A DNA stretch of 64,000 nt, from assembly GCF_006345805.1 (NCBI RefSeq), contig NC_043010.1:1674001-1738000 (forward strand). The letters run 5' to 3'. This document shows, one piece after another, positions 1 to 13,396 of this stretch (positions are counted from its first letter, which is position 1; every line of letters starts with the position of its first letter). The position numbers and the translations under genes are program-made. The notes under the pieces were generated by a model. That model searched no databases and had not been told where the DNA came from. It saw nothing but the letters and a program-made list of their open reading frames with translations. The DNA is from Octopus sinensis. Lineage: Eukaryota.

Positions 1-492
1 AGCTTCTGCAAAATCACTCGACCTGCAAGACATAGATGTAACCAAATTTCACTCTGGTAAAGGATGGAAGATCTTTGATCATGGAATCCTAGATCTTCCC
101 AGTCTAGGCTGACTTAGGGCTAAAAACCACTACATACAAAACCATAGGCTAACAAGAGAGAGCCTCAAGGTGGACGCGTGGTCGCACATGATAGTAGTCA
201 ATTCTATCTCAAATCAAACCCTCTACCTTAATGAAGAATGACAGTTTGGGTAATATAGCCATACGTAACCCTTAAAGATGAGAGAGTCATGGTTAGAATG
301 TTTCATTAAAAGTTCTGATTACTCAGCAAAAACTTCAATAGTAACATTGATGTTTTTCTCCCAAAATTCTCTCTCTATCTCCCCCTCAGCACGTATATAC
401 AAACACGTGCATATACATACATACATACATACAGATATATAGTGTGTGTGTGTGTGTGTATCTTCTATCTATCTATATATTATATATATATA

Positions 493-532
<40 letters not shown>

Positions 533-536
<4 letters not shown>

Positions 537-853
537 GCAAAGTTACGGGGATACCAATACCGGTTGTCAAGTGGTGGTTGTAGTGGTGGTGGTGGTTGTG
601 GGAGACAAACACAGACACAGAGACACACACATTAATATATACATACAACCCCTCCATACCCAATCTCATACACACACACACATATTATATATATACGGCA
701 GGCTTTTTTCTTTTTCCATCTACCAAATCCACTCCGAAAGCTTAGGTCGGCCCAGGGCTATAGTACAAGATATCTGCTCAAGGGGCCACGTAGTTGGATG
801 ACCCTGAATCATGTGGTTGGGAAGCAAGCTTCTTACTACACACCCACCCCTGC
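533..853 (-). mobile_element. SINE family C (tRNA-like head, internal microsatellite), near full length
   Basis: Shares head (catgtggttgggaagcaagcttcttac; ctaccaaatccactc...ggtcggccc) and tail (ccggttgtcaag, aagttacgggga) with about ten other copies in the window; CA/TA microsatellite in the middle. Confidence 0.8.
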
Positions 854-867
854 ACAAAAGTCTTTTA

Positions 868-1200
868 GAGAAAGCGCCCGTCAATCGTCAATCTTGAAAG
901 GTTGTTGCTCTTAGACGACAATGCAAAAGGCCGTATCGCCCAAGTCACTTAAGAAGAGGTTAGGGTATCAAATAAGGAAAAACTGCCTCATCCTGCTTAT
1001 TCACGTAGCTTAGTTCCATCGGATTTTAGCTCAATGCATCATTATTAAGAAACAAAAGAATTTATTAACTGCGAAACAGGTAAAAATGATATCGAGTGTT
1101 TCTTTTCTCCCAAAACTAGAAGTATTTTACGCCTGAGGAATCAACAATTTACCAAAGTGATGGACTCATGTTATCAATAATAAGGGGGCGTTTTATTAGG
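868..1200 (+). pseudogene. mariner transposase C-terminal fragment (decayed)
   Basis: Across stops and frameshifts reads LLLLDDNAK (HDNA-like), EKLPHPAYSRSLVPSDF (HPxYSPDLAPSDY-like) and GINNLPK*WTHVINNKG (mariner C-terminus). Confidence 0.75.
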
Positions 1201-1334
1201 TTAATAATAAATATATTAATTAAGGCTCAGGAAGCATTCGTTTCCTCCTCATTTTGCAATGCGAGAGGACGTTCTTTCCAAACACAAACACGCACCCACG
1301 CGCACACACATGCGTGTTTGTGTGTTTATGTATG

Positions 1335-1381
<47 letters not shown>

Positions 1382-1923
1382 TTCATATGTTTATAGTTTT
1401 GTCCTTGTATTTGTATATGACTGAGTGTATGTATATATTTGCCTCTTTGCATAATCGTATATAAAGAAACATATAAATAATTATATATTATATACACACA
1501 AACACATACACATCATATATACATACATACATTCATACATTCATACATATATACATGAACACACTCATATATGTGTGTGTGCCTGCTTGTCTGTATGTAT
1601 ATATGTATATGTATATCCATCCACGTACGTTTATATGTATGTTTATGTATGTATACATGAATATGCGTGCTTATATGTGTGTGTGTGTGTTTGAGTTTGT
1701 GTGCATACACCACCAAGTGCCATTAGTTCAGGAGGTGGAATGTTGTTTTGACGATCTTATAACCGATAGGTATTATCATGTGTTTGTGTGTGTGGGTGGG
1801 TGGTGGGTGCGTGCATACATATATAGACATATATGCATATATAAACACATGTATATATATATATGTATATATGTATATGCAATATATGAATATATATCTA
1901 TATACGTATGTATACATATATGC

Positions 1924-1958
<35 letters not shown>

Positions 1959-2818
1959 ATATACATATACCTGTAAATATATGTGTGTGAGCCTATGTGT
2001 ATGTACATATATACATACATATATAATATATATATATATAGTATATATATAGGTATGTAGCTTTGTAGTATGCATGTATGTATCTGTTGGCTTATGCGCA
2101 TGTTTCTGTAGAGGGCATGGTGTCTGCATGTGAGTGTGTGTGTTTAAAGAAGATTAAACTCGGTCCACGGAAGATTAGTTCCATTATGGATTGTAATACA
2201 AATGACAAGCAAGATATATTGAAAACAACTCCAAAAATCAACGACAAAAACATATAAGCGAAAACCTTCTAGAAACCGTTGCAAAGACGAAACTACGCAT
2301 GCGCACATCTACACATATATGCTCATATATATTGACATGTAAAAGGAACTTACGCATACGCACGTGTATACATATATGCTGATATAGATATTATTAACAC
2401 GCAAACACTTTCTTTCACGCACACGTACGCATTCGCAAATGGAGGCTGAAACGGAAAATAAGAAACTTGCTAGAAAAGGCTAAAGAATTATGTACCAAAG
2501 TCGAGCAGTGGCTATATCATAGGAATATCTTTGGCAGATCAGAAAGTAGAGTAAGTTTTAAAGACAACTTACTTCAATAGAAGCTGTGTAGTTAGCAATA
2601 GTTGCTTTGAGGAAAAGAGAAGGAAAATAAAAAAAGGAAAAACGTATAAAAGGCAAGAAAAAAAAACAATAAGCGAAGAACGAGAAGTTATGGTAACAAA
2701 TATAGAATCGAAACATATATATTATATATATATATATATACAATAGCAATGGAAAAGCGAAAGCAATCAAGGAATTAAAGAAAGCTAAAAAAAAACAACA
2801 ACAACGACAACATTGATC

Positions 2819-2852
<34 letters not shown>

Positions 2853-3512
2853 TAATAATAAAGGAACGGCTAGAGAGTACAAGAAATAGTAGTCAAAACA
2901 AAGGCAAAGCTTGTAGAAAAGGTCAGTTAAGAAAAGACAAACAAAGAATGTGATGACTTGAAAGTGAAAGTGAAAGTAAATCGAAAGACGTTTTTTTTGC
3001 CTTAGAGATTAGATGAGGGAGGGAGGGAGGGAAGATGCGAGGTATTGGAGGATCAGTGACGAGAAGGGGTTGAAGGAGAGGGGGGATATCAAAGGGTGAA
3101 ATTATAAAGGTTAGAAGAACAAAGAAAAGGGTGGGGGGACGAATAAGGGAGGAAAAATAAAATAAAAACAAAATAGGTGAGGAAAAAAAAGACACGAAAG
3201 AATAAAGAGTACCTCCTTCACCAGTACCACCACCACCAGTATCGCCACCACCACCAGCACCATCACCACCACTACCATTACCAATACCACCCACGACTTT
3301 ATAGAAATGGCGAAAGTAGTAATAGTTTTAGTTATAAACATTAATCTAGACTTTTACTTTAACATGTCAGGGCCTGATTTCAGATGATATAAAACAAGAG
3401 AAAACATATTTTGTAATAGATTCAGAAAATATATTTCTTTTGAATAGATTCCAGAATAAAGCATGTGAGCGTTTGAAGGGACACACGAACACGCAAACAC
3501 ACAATCCCGCGT

Positions 3513-3549
<37 letters not shown>

Positions 3550-3677
3550 AAGACATTCATCCATATACATACATATATTAACACATGTACACACATTGAA
3601 ACATGTATAGAGTGCTTTTTGGTGCAGTCCTCGACTTTTTCAATCGAAAAGGGTGTCTCAATCCAATATTCACATGC

Positions 3678-3739
<62 letters not shown>

Positions 3740-3815
3740 TTTATAGATAGATTTTAGCACGTGGACGGTTGGTGATTTTTCCTTATTTTACTTTCTTTCT
3801 CTTCGGACTTGCCCG

Positions 3816-3848
3816 TATCCGACGAAGAGATATGCTCGAAACGTTAGC
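3816..3848 (+). other. decayed minimal hammerhead-like motif (Penelope-type terminus)
   Basis: CCGACGA-A-GAG atatg CTC-GAA-ACGT-T; U4 of the core is changed to C and helix I is poor. Confidence 0.4.
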
Positions 3849-4066
3849 AACAACTCTCTTCTTTCACCGATCATCAAAATTGATATATTGCTTGTGCACT
3901 TTCTCACGTTCGTTTTTTTTCTTTTTCTCTCTTGTTTTTTGTTCTTTGAATTGACTATATATATATATATATCTATATATATATATGTGTGTGTGTGTGT
4001 ATGTATATAATATATACATACAATATACATATGTATAATATATATATGTATATATATATATATATG

Positions 4067-4105
<39 letters not shown>

Positions 4106-4168
4106 TATATATATATAACCAGGTGGTGCTATAAGTTAGACATGGCCTGGGCCAATAATGGCCGAAAC

Positions 4169-4203
4169 CTATCAAAGTATCAAAGTATCAAAGTATCAAA
4201 GTA
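4169..4203 (+). repeat. (TATCAAAG)n octamer tandem, 4 copies
   Basis: Directly visible; follows ggccgaaacc and resembles a retroelement 3' tail. Confidence 0.8.
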
Positions 4204-4292
4204 TATATATACATACATACATATATATACATATACATATATATGCTTACTTGGAAATGGCTGCTTCACGTTCAGTTAAATAATAAATGTTA

Positions 4293-4338
<46 letters not shown>

Positions 4339-4836
4339 GCATATATGGGTACAGGACTTATATATATATACATACATACATACGCACACACATACATACA
4401 TACACACATACATACATACATACATACATACATACATACATACATACAAACATACATGCATGCATGCATGCATACACACATACATATATACATACATCTA
4501 TATGTATGGCCGCGGTCAAATTACTTAAATAAATAGAAGAGCAGAAGAGCATTTGGATCTTTTCCTTTTGATAGCCAGGTTTCAACACAATTTCTAGTTA
4601 ACTAAATACTTTAAAACTTCGTATACTGGTAGAATGTGTCAAAAGAAAACATTATTTTCACTTGGCTTTTTTGATAAATTTGTAATTCGTTTGTTTAATG
4701 TAGTTTAATTTTTCGAATTTTAACCAATCCTATGCTCTCTTTTCAGCTGAAATCATTTGCTGCGTCTAAAAACTGAGACAACATACATACATAAATACAT
4801 ACATACATACATATTTGCATTTGTGTATGCGTGTGC

Positions 4837-5153
4837 AGGCGCGTGGCTTATGGTTAGGGCATTCGGTTCACGGTCGTAAGGTCGTGAGTTCAATTCCCGG
4901 CGACGCGTTGTGTCCTTGAGCAAGACATTTATTTCACATTGCTCCAGTCCACTCAGCTAGCAAAAATTAGTAGTACCTGTATTTCAAAGGGCCTGCCTTG
5001 TCACACTCCGTATCACGCTGAATCTCCCTGAGAACTATATTAAGGAGTATGTGTGTCTGTGGAGTGCTCAGCCACTTGCAGGTTAATTTCATGAACCAGC
5101 TGTTCCATTGATCGGATCAACTGGAACCCTCGTCGTCGTAGCCGACGGAGTAC
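4837..5153 (+). mobile_element. SINE family D (tRNA head, CORE-like centre) with family-B-type tail
   Basis: A box gtggcttatggttag, B box gagttcaattcc, centre gtgtccttgagcaagac; tail gtacctgtatttcaaagggcc...ccctcgtcgtcgtagccgacggag matches the tail at about 35790-35970. Confidence 0.8.
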
Positions 5154-5462
5154 CGGTAATGTGTATGCGAGTGTGCATGTATGTATGATAGTATGTAAAC
5201 ATGAGTACATGAATATATCAATCCATACACGCAAACTCTTCTACACTTAGACACATACACTTGCGCATGCGTATTTTCCTCTTCTATTTCAGCTAAGCTT
5301 TCGCATGAATAGGATTTTTTTCCGTTATGAAGAAAACATTTCTGACACACCACACACACACACACACACCACACCACACATGCACATGATATTAAAGAGA
5401 GCCCATGTCTTTTGCAGGTGCAACCAGATGCATATATGTGAGTGCGTGTCTGTGTGTGTTGA

Positions 5463-5529
<67 letters not shown>

Positions 5530-5598
5530 TCAAAATGGACAGGTGTTCGACAAAGAGTAAAAGAAAGGAAAAAAAGAACGCGAAGCGTCATGTAAACG

Positions 5599-5652
<54 letters not shown>

Positions 5653-5875
5653 CACACACACATATATATATGTATAACTGTTATGGCACCTACGGCTATT
5701 ACTCGGAGTTTCATATACACGCAAGCACGTGCCTGTTTGTTTAGACTGAACACGGAGACTTTGAAGAATTGCGCACGTGTTGCGTGTCACAGAAAGTCTA
5801 ATTAATGCCCAAGGGATATATATACAATATATATATATGTATGTGTGGTGTGGTATGTATATATATATTATATAT

Positions 5876-5918
<43 letters not shown>

Positions 5919-6418
5919 ATATTATATATAATATATATTATTTATATATATATTTAATATATCACACCACACACACACATATATATATGTATGTATATAT
6001 ATATTTATATATATACATATATTCATACATATGTAAACATATATCTATCTATCTCTATATATATATTATATATGTATATATATATATATTATGTATACAG
6101 ATATAAAAACTGACGAGCTAAACTTGAAAAATAATAGTCTTATATTAGAAAAAAACGGTGGTGATATATGTGTGTGTATGGTGTATGTATGTGCGTGTGT
6201 GTAAACGTATGTGCATGTGTGTATGCGTGGATACGTATGTTATTAATTAAATAGAAGAATGGATGCACAAAGCCGGAGAAGTGGATAAGCAATTATTTTA
6301 AATCGAATTTTTGTTACTTCTCTGATACTAAAGGTTCCCTGTTCAGTATTTTTCAACTAGCATGCCAAATATGAATAACACTTCGGCATTAAAGTCGACG
6401 GTATATATGAGTGTGTAA

Positions 6419-6640
6419 GGCGGCGAGCTGGCAGAAACGTTAGCACGCCGGGCGAAATGCGCAGCCGTATTTCGTCTGCCGTTATGTTCTGAGTTCAAAT
6501 TCCGCCGAGGTCGACTTTGCCTTTCATCCTTTCGGGGTCGATAAATTAAGTACCAGTTACGCACTGGGGTCGACTTAATCCGCTTGTCTGTCCTTGTTTG
6601 TCCCCTCTATGTTTAGTCCCTTGTGGGTAATAAATAAACA
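6419..6640 (+). mobile_element. SINE family A monomer with 19-bp TSD
   Basis: A box tggcagaaacgttag, B box gagttcaaattcc, centre gtcgactttgcctttcatcctttcggggtcgataa (resembles the Meta-SINE domain, from memory); ggtatatatgagtgtgtaa duplicated at 6400-6418 and 6641-6659. Confidence 0.88.
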
Positions 6641-6686
6641 GGTATATATGAGTGTGTAAACACACACATACATACACACATGTATA

Positions 6687-7670
6687 CCAGGTTGACCATT
6701 TCAAGCTTTAATTAATAATTCAAACAAATTACATGCGAAAAGCGTTTGCTTATTCATCAAAATATATCCTATCATATTCTATTATATGTTGCCATCGTTG
6801 TACCGGAAGTTCAATTCCACACTTACACAATTTGGTTGGTTTAGAGGTAAAAAAACTCCCTGTAACCATTTTCAACCGCATCCATATTGTTTCCGTGCAG
6901 GATATGAGCTATGGCTCGGAAAAGGTGGTAATCTGATGATGCTAGTTCTGGACAGCGGGCAGGGTGAGGCAGCACCTCTAGCCCTTCAAGTTCCTCAAGT
7001 TTACGCCTGGTTACATTGGCAGTGTGTACTGGAGCATTGTCATGTTGTAGGAGTACGCGTCTTCGATCGACCAGTGGGCCTTCAAAGCAGACATACTTGC
7101 TGCAGTTCTTAAGCATAAACCTTAGTATTCATAGCATGAGTGTCTGGGACAAACTCAAAGTGCAACACTCACTCGAAATATTACCAAACACACATGACCT
7201 TCTGTCCAAACCGTCCTTGTTTGACAAACTTTGAAGCCTGACCGAAACGAAACCCCCGATTTCTCTTATAATGTTGCAATATGATGTCCAAAACGGGCAG
7301 CTCGAGGATTTGTCAGTAGTTGTTTGCAAATGCTCACACGTCCGTCGTTGAGTCATTGGTCTGGTCAGGTCATGAAGAACTTCTCGATAGCGTCTGTTGA
7401 CAAGGCAGATGTCATGGATGTGTCGACAGATGGTGAACCGTGAAGGGTTAAATTCTACCGATAGTGTATAACTGCTTGTACTTGTTTGGTCAACCTCATG
7501 TTTTAAAACAAAAGGTATCCTTGACCTTGGTTTGTTTTTGAGGTTGGTGTTACCTTCCTTGAAACGTCTGAAGCAGTTTTGTGCCACACATTCGTCGACA
7601 GTTCCTGGTCCTTTCATATCATTAAATTCTTTCGCTGCAGCTTTTGTATTCACCACTCATTATCAAAATT
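6687..7670 (-). mobile_element. decayed mariner element, one TIR end visible
   Basis: N-terminal HTH (TVDECVAQNCFRRFKEGNTNLKNKPRS), VLLQHDNAPVHTA, VLPHPARCPELASSDYHLF and C-terminal GIELPVQRWQHII; TA|CCAGGTTGACC end at 6685-6697. Confidence 0.88.
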
Positions 7671-8199
7671 GTTAAACAAAGGATATACATACATTTAATG
7701 TTTATATGTTATTTATGAAAGTAACTAATAAACTATTCAGTAACGATGAATAACAAATTGCATCAAATTAATGATGTAACATGGAGATACAAGTTTCCAA
7801 TAACCATTAGTCAAAATATATATAAATTTAATGCAAAATATATGGATTTATCTAATCCGATGATAATCACAAAAAACTCCTTTAGTAAACCAATCCATAG
7901 GGGTGAGATGTAGAGTCCTATGCAGTTGAAATTTAGTAAATCCAGTCAGTAATGATTATCTCATAAGAAGTATATAAAATATAAAGAAAGTGGATCTGAA
8001 GAGCTAGCCTTCTATACCCGCGTAAGCTTGTAAAATATATATTAGTACTATGTAACTTACAACATACGCAATAGTGCAGATATGTAAAATAATTTGTTAT
8101 ACACCAAAATAAATTATTTTCCAATGACGTTGGCTGCGAAACGACCGTCATCTTCTGGACATTAACTGGTGAAATAAAGATATTCATCTCATGCCTCCT

Positions 8200-8251
<52 letters not shown>

Positions 8252-8257
8252 TATATT

Positions 8258-8295
<38 letters not shown>

Positions 8296-8494
8296 ATTCA
8301 AAGCGTTGACATCAACAGTTTTGCATTCGTAACGTGTATTGCCGCCACTGTTAAGCTTCCTTACTTGTTTCTGTTACTTTCTCGAACGTACGCACACACC
8401 TGCACACACATACACCACATATATAAGTCATATATAAATTGAATATATGAAAGTATCGGCTTCCATTCAACTTATCCTTGATCAGGATATGATA

Positions 8495-8820
<326 letters not shown>

Positions 8821-8837
8821 TGATGGGTGTTTTTATA

Positions 8838-8970
8838 AAATCCATTCACACACCTTTGGTCTATCCGAAGTCATATTTCAAGACAGTTAAATTGCGTTGC
8901 ACCTTGGGCAACGCAATGGAACCGAACCCAGAACCATATGGATGGGAAGCAAACTTCTTACTACCCAACC
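8838..8970 (-). mobile_element. SINE family C head fragment
   Basis: gaacccagaaccatatggatgggaagcaaacttcttac matches the family C head. Confidence 0.65.
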
Positions 8971-9219
8971 TCACCTTCGTACTTTTTTTTACCTTTTTAG
9001 TATCATGATATCATCACCCTCACACCCCTTCCATCAGTACTGACTACCAGCAAATATCAAATGGAGTGTGTGTGTGTGTGTGTTGGGGAGGAGAGGACAT
9101 TTTTAAAGTTCTCTTGTATTCCAAGAAATATTATTTTGAGGAGGGAAGTACAATGATTAATGCTGACGTACAGGTGTTGCTGTTTGAAGAAATTTACAGT
9201 GGGTTGGATGGGTGGGCGA

Positions 9220-9861
9220 ATCTTTGATGATGGTGGTGGTGGTGGTGGTGACGGTGGCGGTGCTGGTGGTGGTGATGATGCTGCTGCTGATGTTGTTTTG
9301 TTGTTGTTGTTGTTGTTGATGATGATGATATGATAATGATGAGGACGACGATGATGGTGGTAACGACAAATGACGCTAATGATGATAATGATGATAATAG
9401 GGGGGGTTATGGTTGTTGTGGTGGTGGTGGTGGTTGAGGTGGTGGTGGTGGTTGAGGTGGTGGTGGTGGTGGTGGTGGTAACGGTGGTGGTTGTGGTAGT
9501 TATGGTGGTTGTAGTGGTTGTGTTGGTTGTGACTGTGGTGGTGGTGGTGGTAGTGGTGGTGGTGGTGGTGATGATGTTGGTTTCGTTGGTGGTAGTGGTG
9601 GTGACCGTGCCGCGGTAAATGAAAAAAAAAAAAAGAAAATTTCGGATAAATAAATGAAACAAATACTACCGCAAAAGAAGTGAAAAAAAAAATGGTAAAT
9701 GGAGAATTTTGTTAACGATACGAAGAATACAAAGAGAAAGAACACCATCAGAAATTAATAACGGCAGCAACAACTATGACGATGACGACGATGACGAAGA
9801 CGATGATGATGATGATGATGATGATGATAATGATGATGATGATGGTGATGATGGTGATGAA

Positions 9862-9934
<73 letters not shown>

Positions 9935-10305
9935 GATGATGGTGCTATGAAAGACGATGATGATGATGTTGATGATGACGATGATTATGATGATGATGAT
10001 GATGATTATGATGATGATGATGATGATGGTAGTTAGTGGTGGTAGTGGTGGTGGTGGTGGTGGTGATGGTGATGATGATGATGATGACGACGACGGCGGT
10101 GTTGTTGTTATTGTTGTTGTTGGTGGTGCTGCTGCTGGTGGTAGTGGTGGTTGTAGTGATGGATAGACATCATGATGATGTTTATGTTTGTTGTTTATTT
10201 AGCAGCAACATCCTCAACAGCAACAACATCAACGTAATCATCGTTAGCAACAATAGGGACAATGATTAAAATGACTAAAATGACTAAAAATAAATAACAA
10301 TAACG

Positions 10306-10378
<73 letters not shown>

Positions 10379-10383
10379 TAATA

Positions 10384-10431
<48 letters not shown>

Positions 10432-10598
10432 GTGATGATGATAATGATGATGATGATGATGATGATGATGATGTGATGAAGCTGCTACTACTACTACTAC
10501 TACTACTACTACTAATAATAATAATAATAATAATAATAATGATAATTATAATAATGATAATAATGATAATAATAATAATAATAATAAAAATAATAATG

Positions 10599-10672
<74 letters not shown>

Positions 10673-10680
10673 TTTGAGAT
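9220..10680. repeat. trinucleotide mosaic (GGT/GAT/GTT/CAA/AAT)
   Basis: Directly visible; source of the poly-V/D/T/I pseudo-ORFs. Confidence 0.95.
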
Positions 10681-11162
10681 AATGCTAATAACAGCAATGA
10701 TAGAAGTAATCATGAAACATGCTATAAAGATGTAAATCAAATGGAAACAAAAATATGGAAAATAATTGAGAAGAAGAATATTATGGAGTAACACGGAGAG
10801 AAAAAATGGAGCGATTTTTAATATCTACCTGCTGAGCAAACACAGTTTTACGATCTTGGCGCTTTTTTTAATATTTATTTATTTCCATTATTTACACAGA
10901 TACATACATGCATACATACATATATATATATACACATATATAGGTACATGTATACATAATATATATACTTATAATATATATATATATATATATCTCATAA
11001 AATATACATACATATGCATACATACATATACATACACAACATATATATATTTATATATTATATATATATATATATACAAACATATGCATGTACATATATA
11101 CATATATATATATATATACACACATATATATTTATATATTATTATATGTATATATATATATA

Positions 11163-11548
11163 TCTCTCTCTCTATATAAACGGCAGTTTGTCTGTGCGTT
11201 TTCTGTGTGTGTCTGTTTGCTTGTTACCCTCACCCTGACCACGGCTTTCAACCGATTCTGATGAAACTTGACACACCACATAGCCCAATGTCATAATTCA
11301 AAACTAACGCAGCGAAAAATTTGAAAAGTCCCCCAGTTCTGAAAAAAATCGATAAATTCGACATGGGGTCGAGAATCAGAAACACAAACCGCAAACTTTC
11401 TAGGGGACGCAACTCCACCTTTTTTAACTAAAAAAAAATTTACCATCATTTTTTTCCATTTTTTTGCTTTATTTTTGCTATAACTCTCTAAAAAATGCTG
11501 TATATTATTTCCCTTACAAAACCTGAGCAACGCCGGGCGATACTGCTA

Positions 11549-11549
<1 letters not shown>
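11163..11549 (+). mobile_element. non-autonomous Helitron-like element (Lep1/HINE-like)
   Basis: Starts TC...TATATAAA, internal ccgattctgatgaaac motif, ends in GC-rich imperfect palindrome gagcaacgccgggcgatactg plus CTAG|T; 3' about 110 bp shared with 20040-20339. Confidence 0.72.
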
Positions 11550-11581
<32 letters not shown>

Positions 11582-12306
11582 AACATATGCATGTACATAC
11601 ATATATACACACACACACACACATATATATATAAATGGTGTGTGTGTGTTTGTGTGTACAAGGACAAATTGTGGTATGTGAAATCGCTTGCAACAAAACT
11701 TCTGATATATGAAAATTATTTACGCCTTAAAACGATATATCCTAATTATTAAATATCAATTATGACAACCTCCACTTGAGACGGCAGATAATCTCAAGAT
11801 TGAAAAAGTTCCCCAAAATTGACCTGCCCTAAAGGAAAGGAACCAGTATATTCTTATGATATCAAAATAAATGCCACTGACCATTTCGAGTTATTTCCCT
11901 TAGCTTATTTTGTTTAAAGGATGCAAATTACCTGACCCATTACAGTTTTGTGTAAGTCTAAGTACTTTGGCCATTGGAGATAAGATGGGGCAATTATCGT
12001 GCCAATGGTAACTATTGGACCAGGAACACTTGTCCATGGTTGTCCTCTGATCTGCAGACAATGTCAATTTTGGAGAATACTTGAGTTTTGGTATAATCCC
12101 CCCTTCTCAAGTAGAGCTCATCCATTTGTGTTTGCCGGAGATTTTTTGCCACTTTTTAAAACATTATGATACACCTTCCGGAGAAAAAGGTTTGGGGGAT
12201 CATTTTCGTTTTCTTCCAACCAGAAATTTTAATCTGAAAACAAATTTTAATCTGATGACAAATATTCTATATTCTGAAAAAATCAATAACAAAAAATTTA
12301 GTGGTA

Positions 12307-13396
12307 TTTAAATTAACGTATTTTTAGCCAATGAATTTCAGGCTCGTCTCCTCACGGCGGAAATCGAAACTGTTTGTTGCCATGGCAACTCCAGTGTATC
12401 GTTGTTTACTCTTACTGCTGCGGGTGAAAGAACAGACAGCTACTGAGCTTTCCAATGAAGATTGGTGGTGGTCCCTGTAGAATTATTGAAATAGACGAAA
12501 CTGTACTTTCGAAGAGGAAATACAACAATTAGGGTTCGAATGTTACACAAGCCGTGGATTTTCAGCCGCATACCACGAAACATGAGAAGTTTTTGTTTTT
12601 TCATTTTTGCTGTGCCATCTAGAAATTGTGATGCTTTCGAAAATTGCATTCGACAATCAATTCTACCGAGAACAACTATTCACAGTGACCTGTGGCGCGC
12701 GTACTCTAATATTTCTGCGATACCTGTGTACCAATTTTGCCATAGAACGGCAAAAAAAAGCGTTGATTTTGTAAACAATTTAGACTGAATCCATATCCAA
12801 CTAGTTGAAAGCACTTGGACCTGTCTCAAGTGAGAGAATAAACAACTTTGTAGCAATTATCGTTCTGCAGCGGACTCATATCTCTGCGGCTTTCTGTGGC
12901 GCCACAGATACGAAAAAATATGATCTCTTAAAAATATATTTATATTGTTTCATTTCATTGTTGTTTTCTTTTAGTGACAGTTCAAGTGTTTCCGTTTCAT
13001 TTTTGCTATTATTTCTAGCGAGTCCAATGCTAGATCTGTAACTATGGCAATAATATTATTACTCTAATTATATATAAATATAAATCTTCAAGCGGTTGGA
13101 AAGAAAAAAACGAAAAAGAAAAAATTTAAATTCCTTATTTCAAAATTATATTCTTTTATTAAATTCATACTAGAAAAAAAATTACTTCATTTATTTTTCT
13201 AAAATTTCCTTTTTTAAAATTTAAGGTTCCGTAAGATTTTCGGGTCCAAAATTGCGTCTTTCATTCAATTTTTACGGTTCCCTTTTTGTTTCCAGCTTCA
13301 AAAATTTGCATGAAATGCCATGGCAGCAGATAGTTTCGACTTTTGCTTGTGAGGACACTGGACTTATCTCATTGGCTAAAATTATGTAACTTTAAA
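12307..13396 (+). mobile_element. Merlin/ISXO2-like DNA transposon relic with diverged TIRs
   Basis: Transposase remnant 12455-12835: KIGGGPCRIIEIDETVLSKRKYN, FAVPSR, ILPRTTIHSDLWRAYS, IQLVESTWTCLK; imperfect inverted repeats about 12307-12389 and 13317-13396 (ttagccaatg/cattggctaa; tcgaaactgtttgttgccatggca/tgccatggcagcagatagtttcga). Confidence 0.8.
12376..12389. promoter_or_regulatory. perfect RFX X-box palindrome GTTGCCATGGCAAC inside the Merlin left TIR
   Basis: Exact consensus match; a CCAAT box lies about 50 bp upstream. Function untested. Confidence 0.45.

Noticed and set aside
6100-6150. CTGACGAG…GAAA motif
   Set aside because: Helices I and II cannot form; similar partial hits at about 12250, 33763 and 45473 were also rejected.
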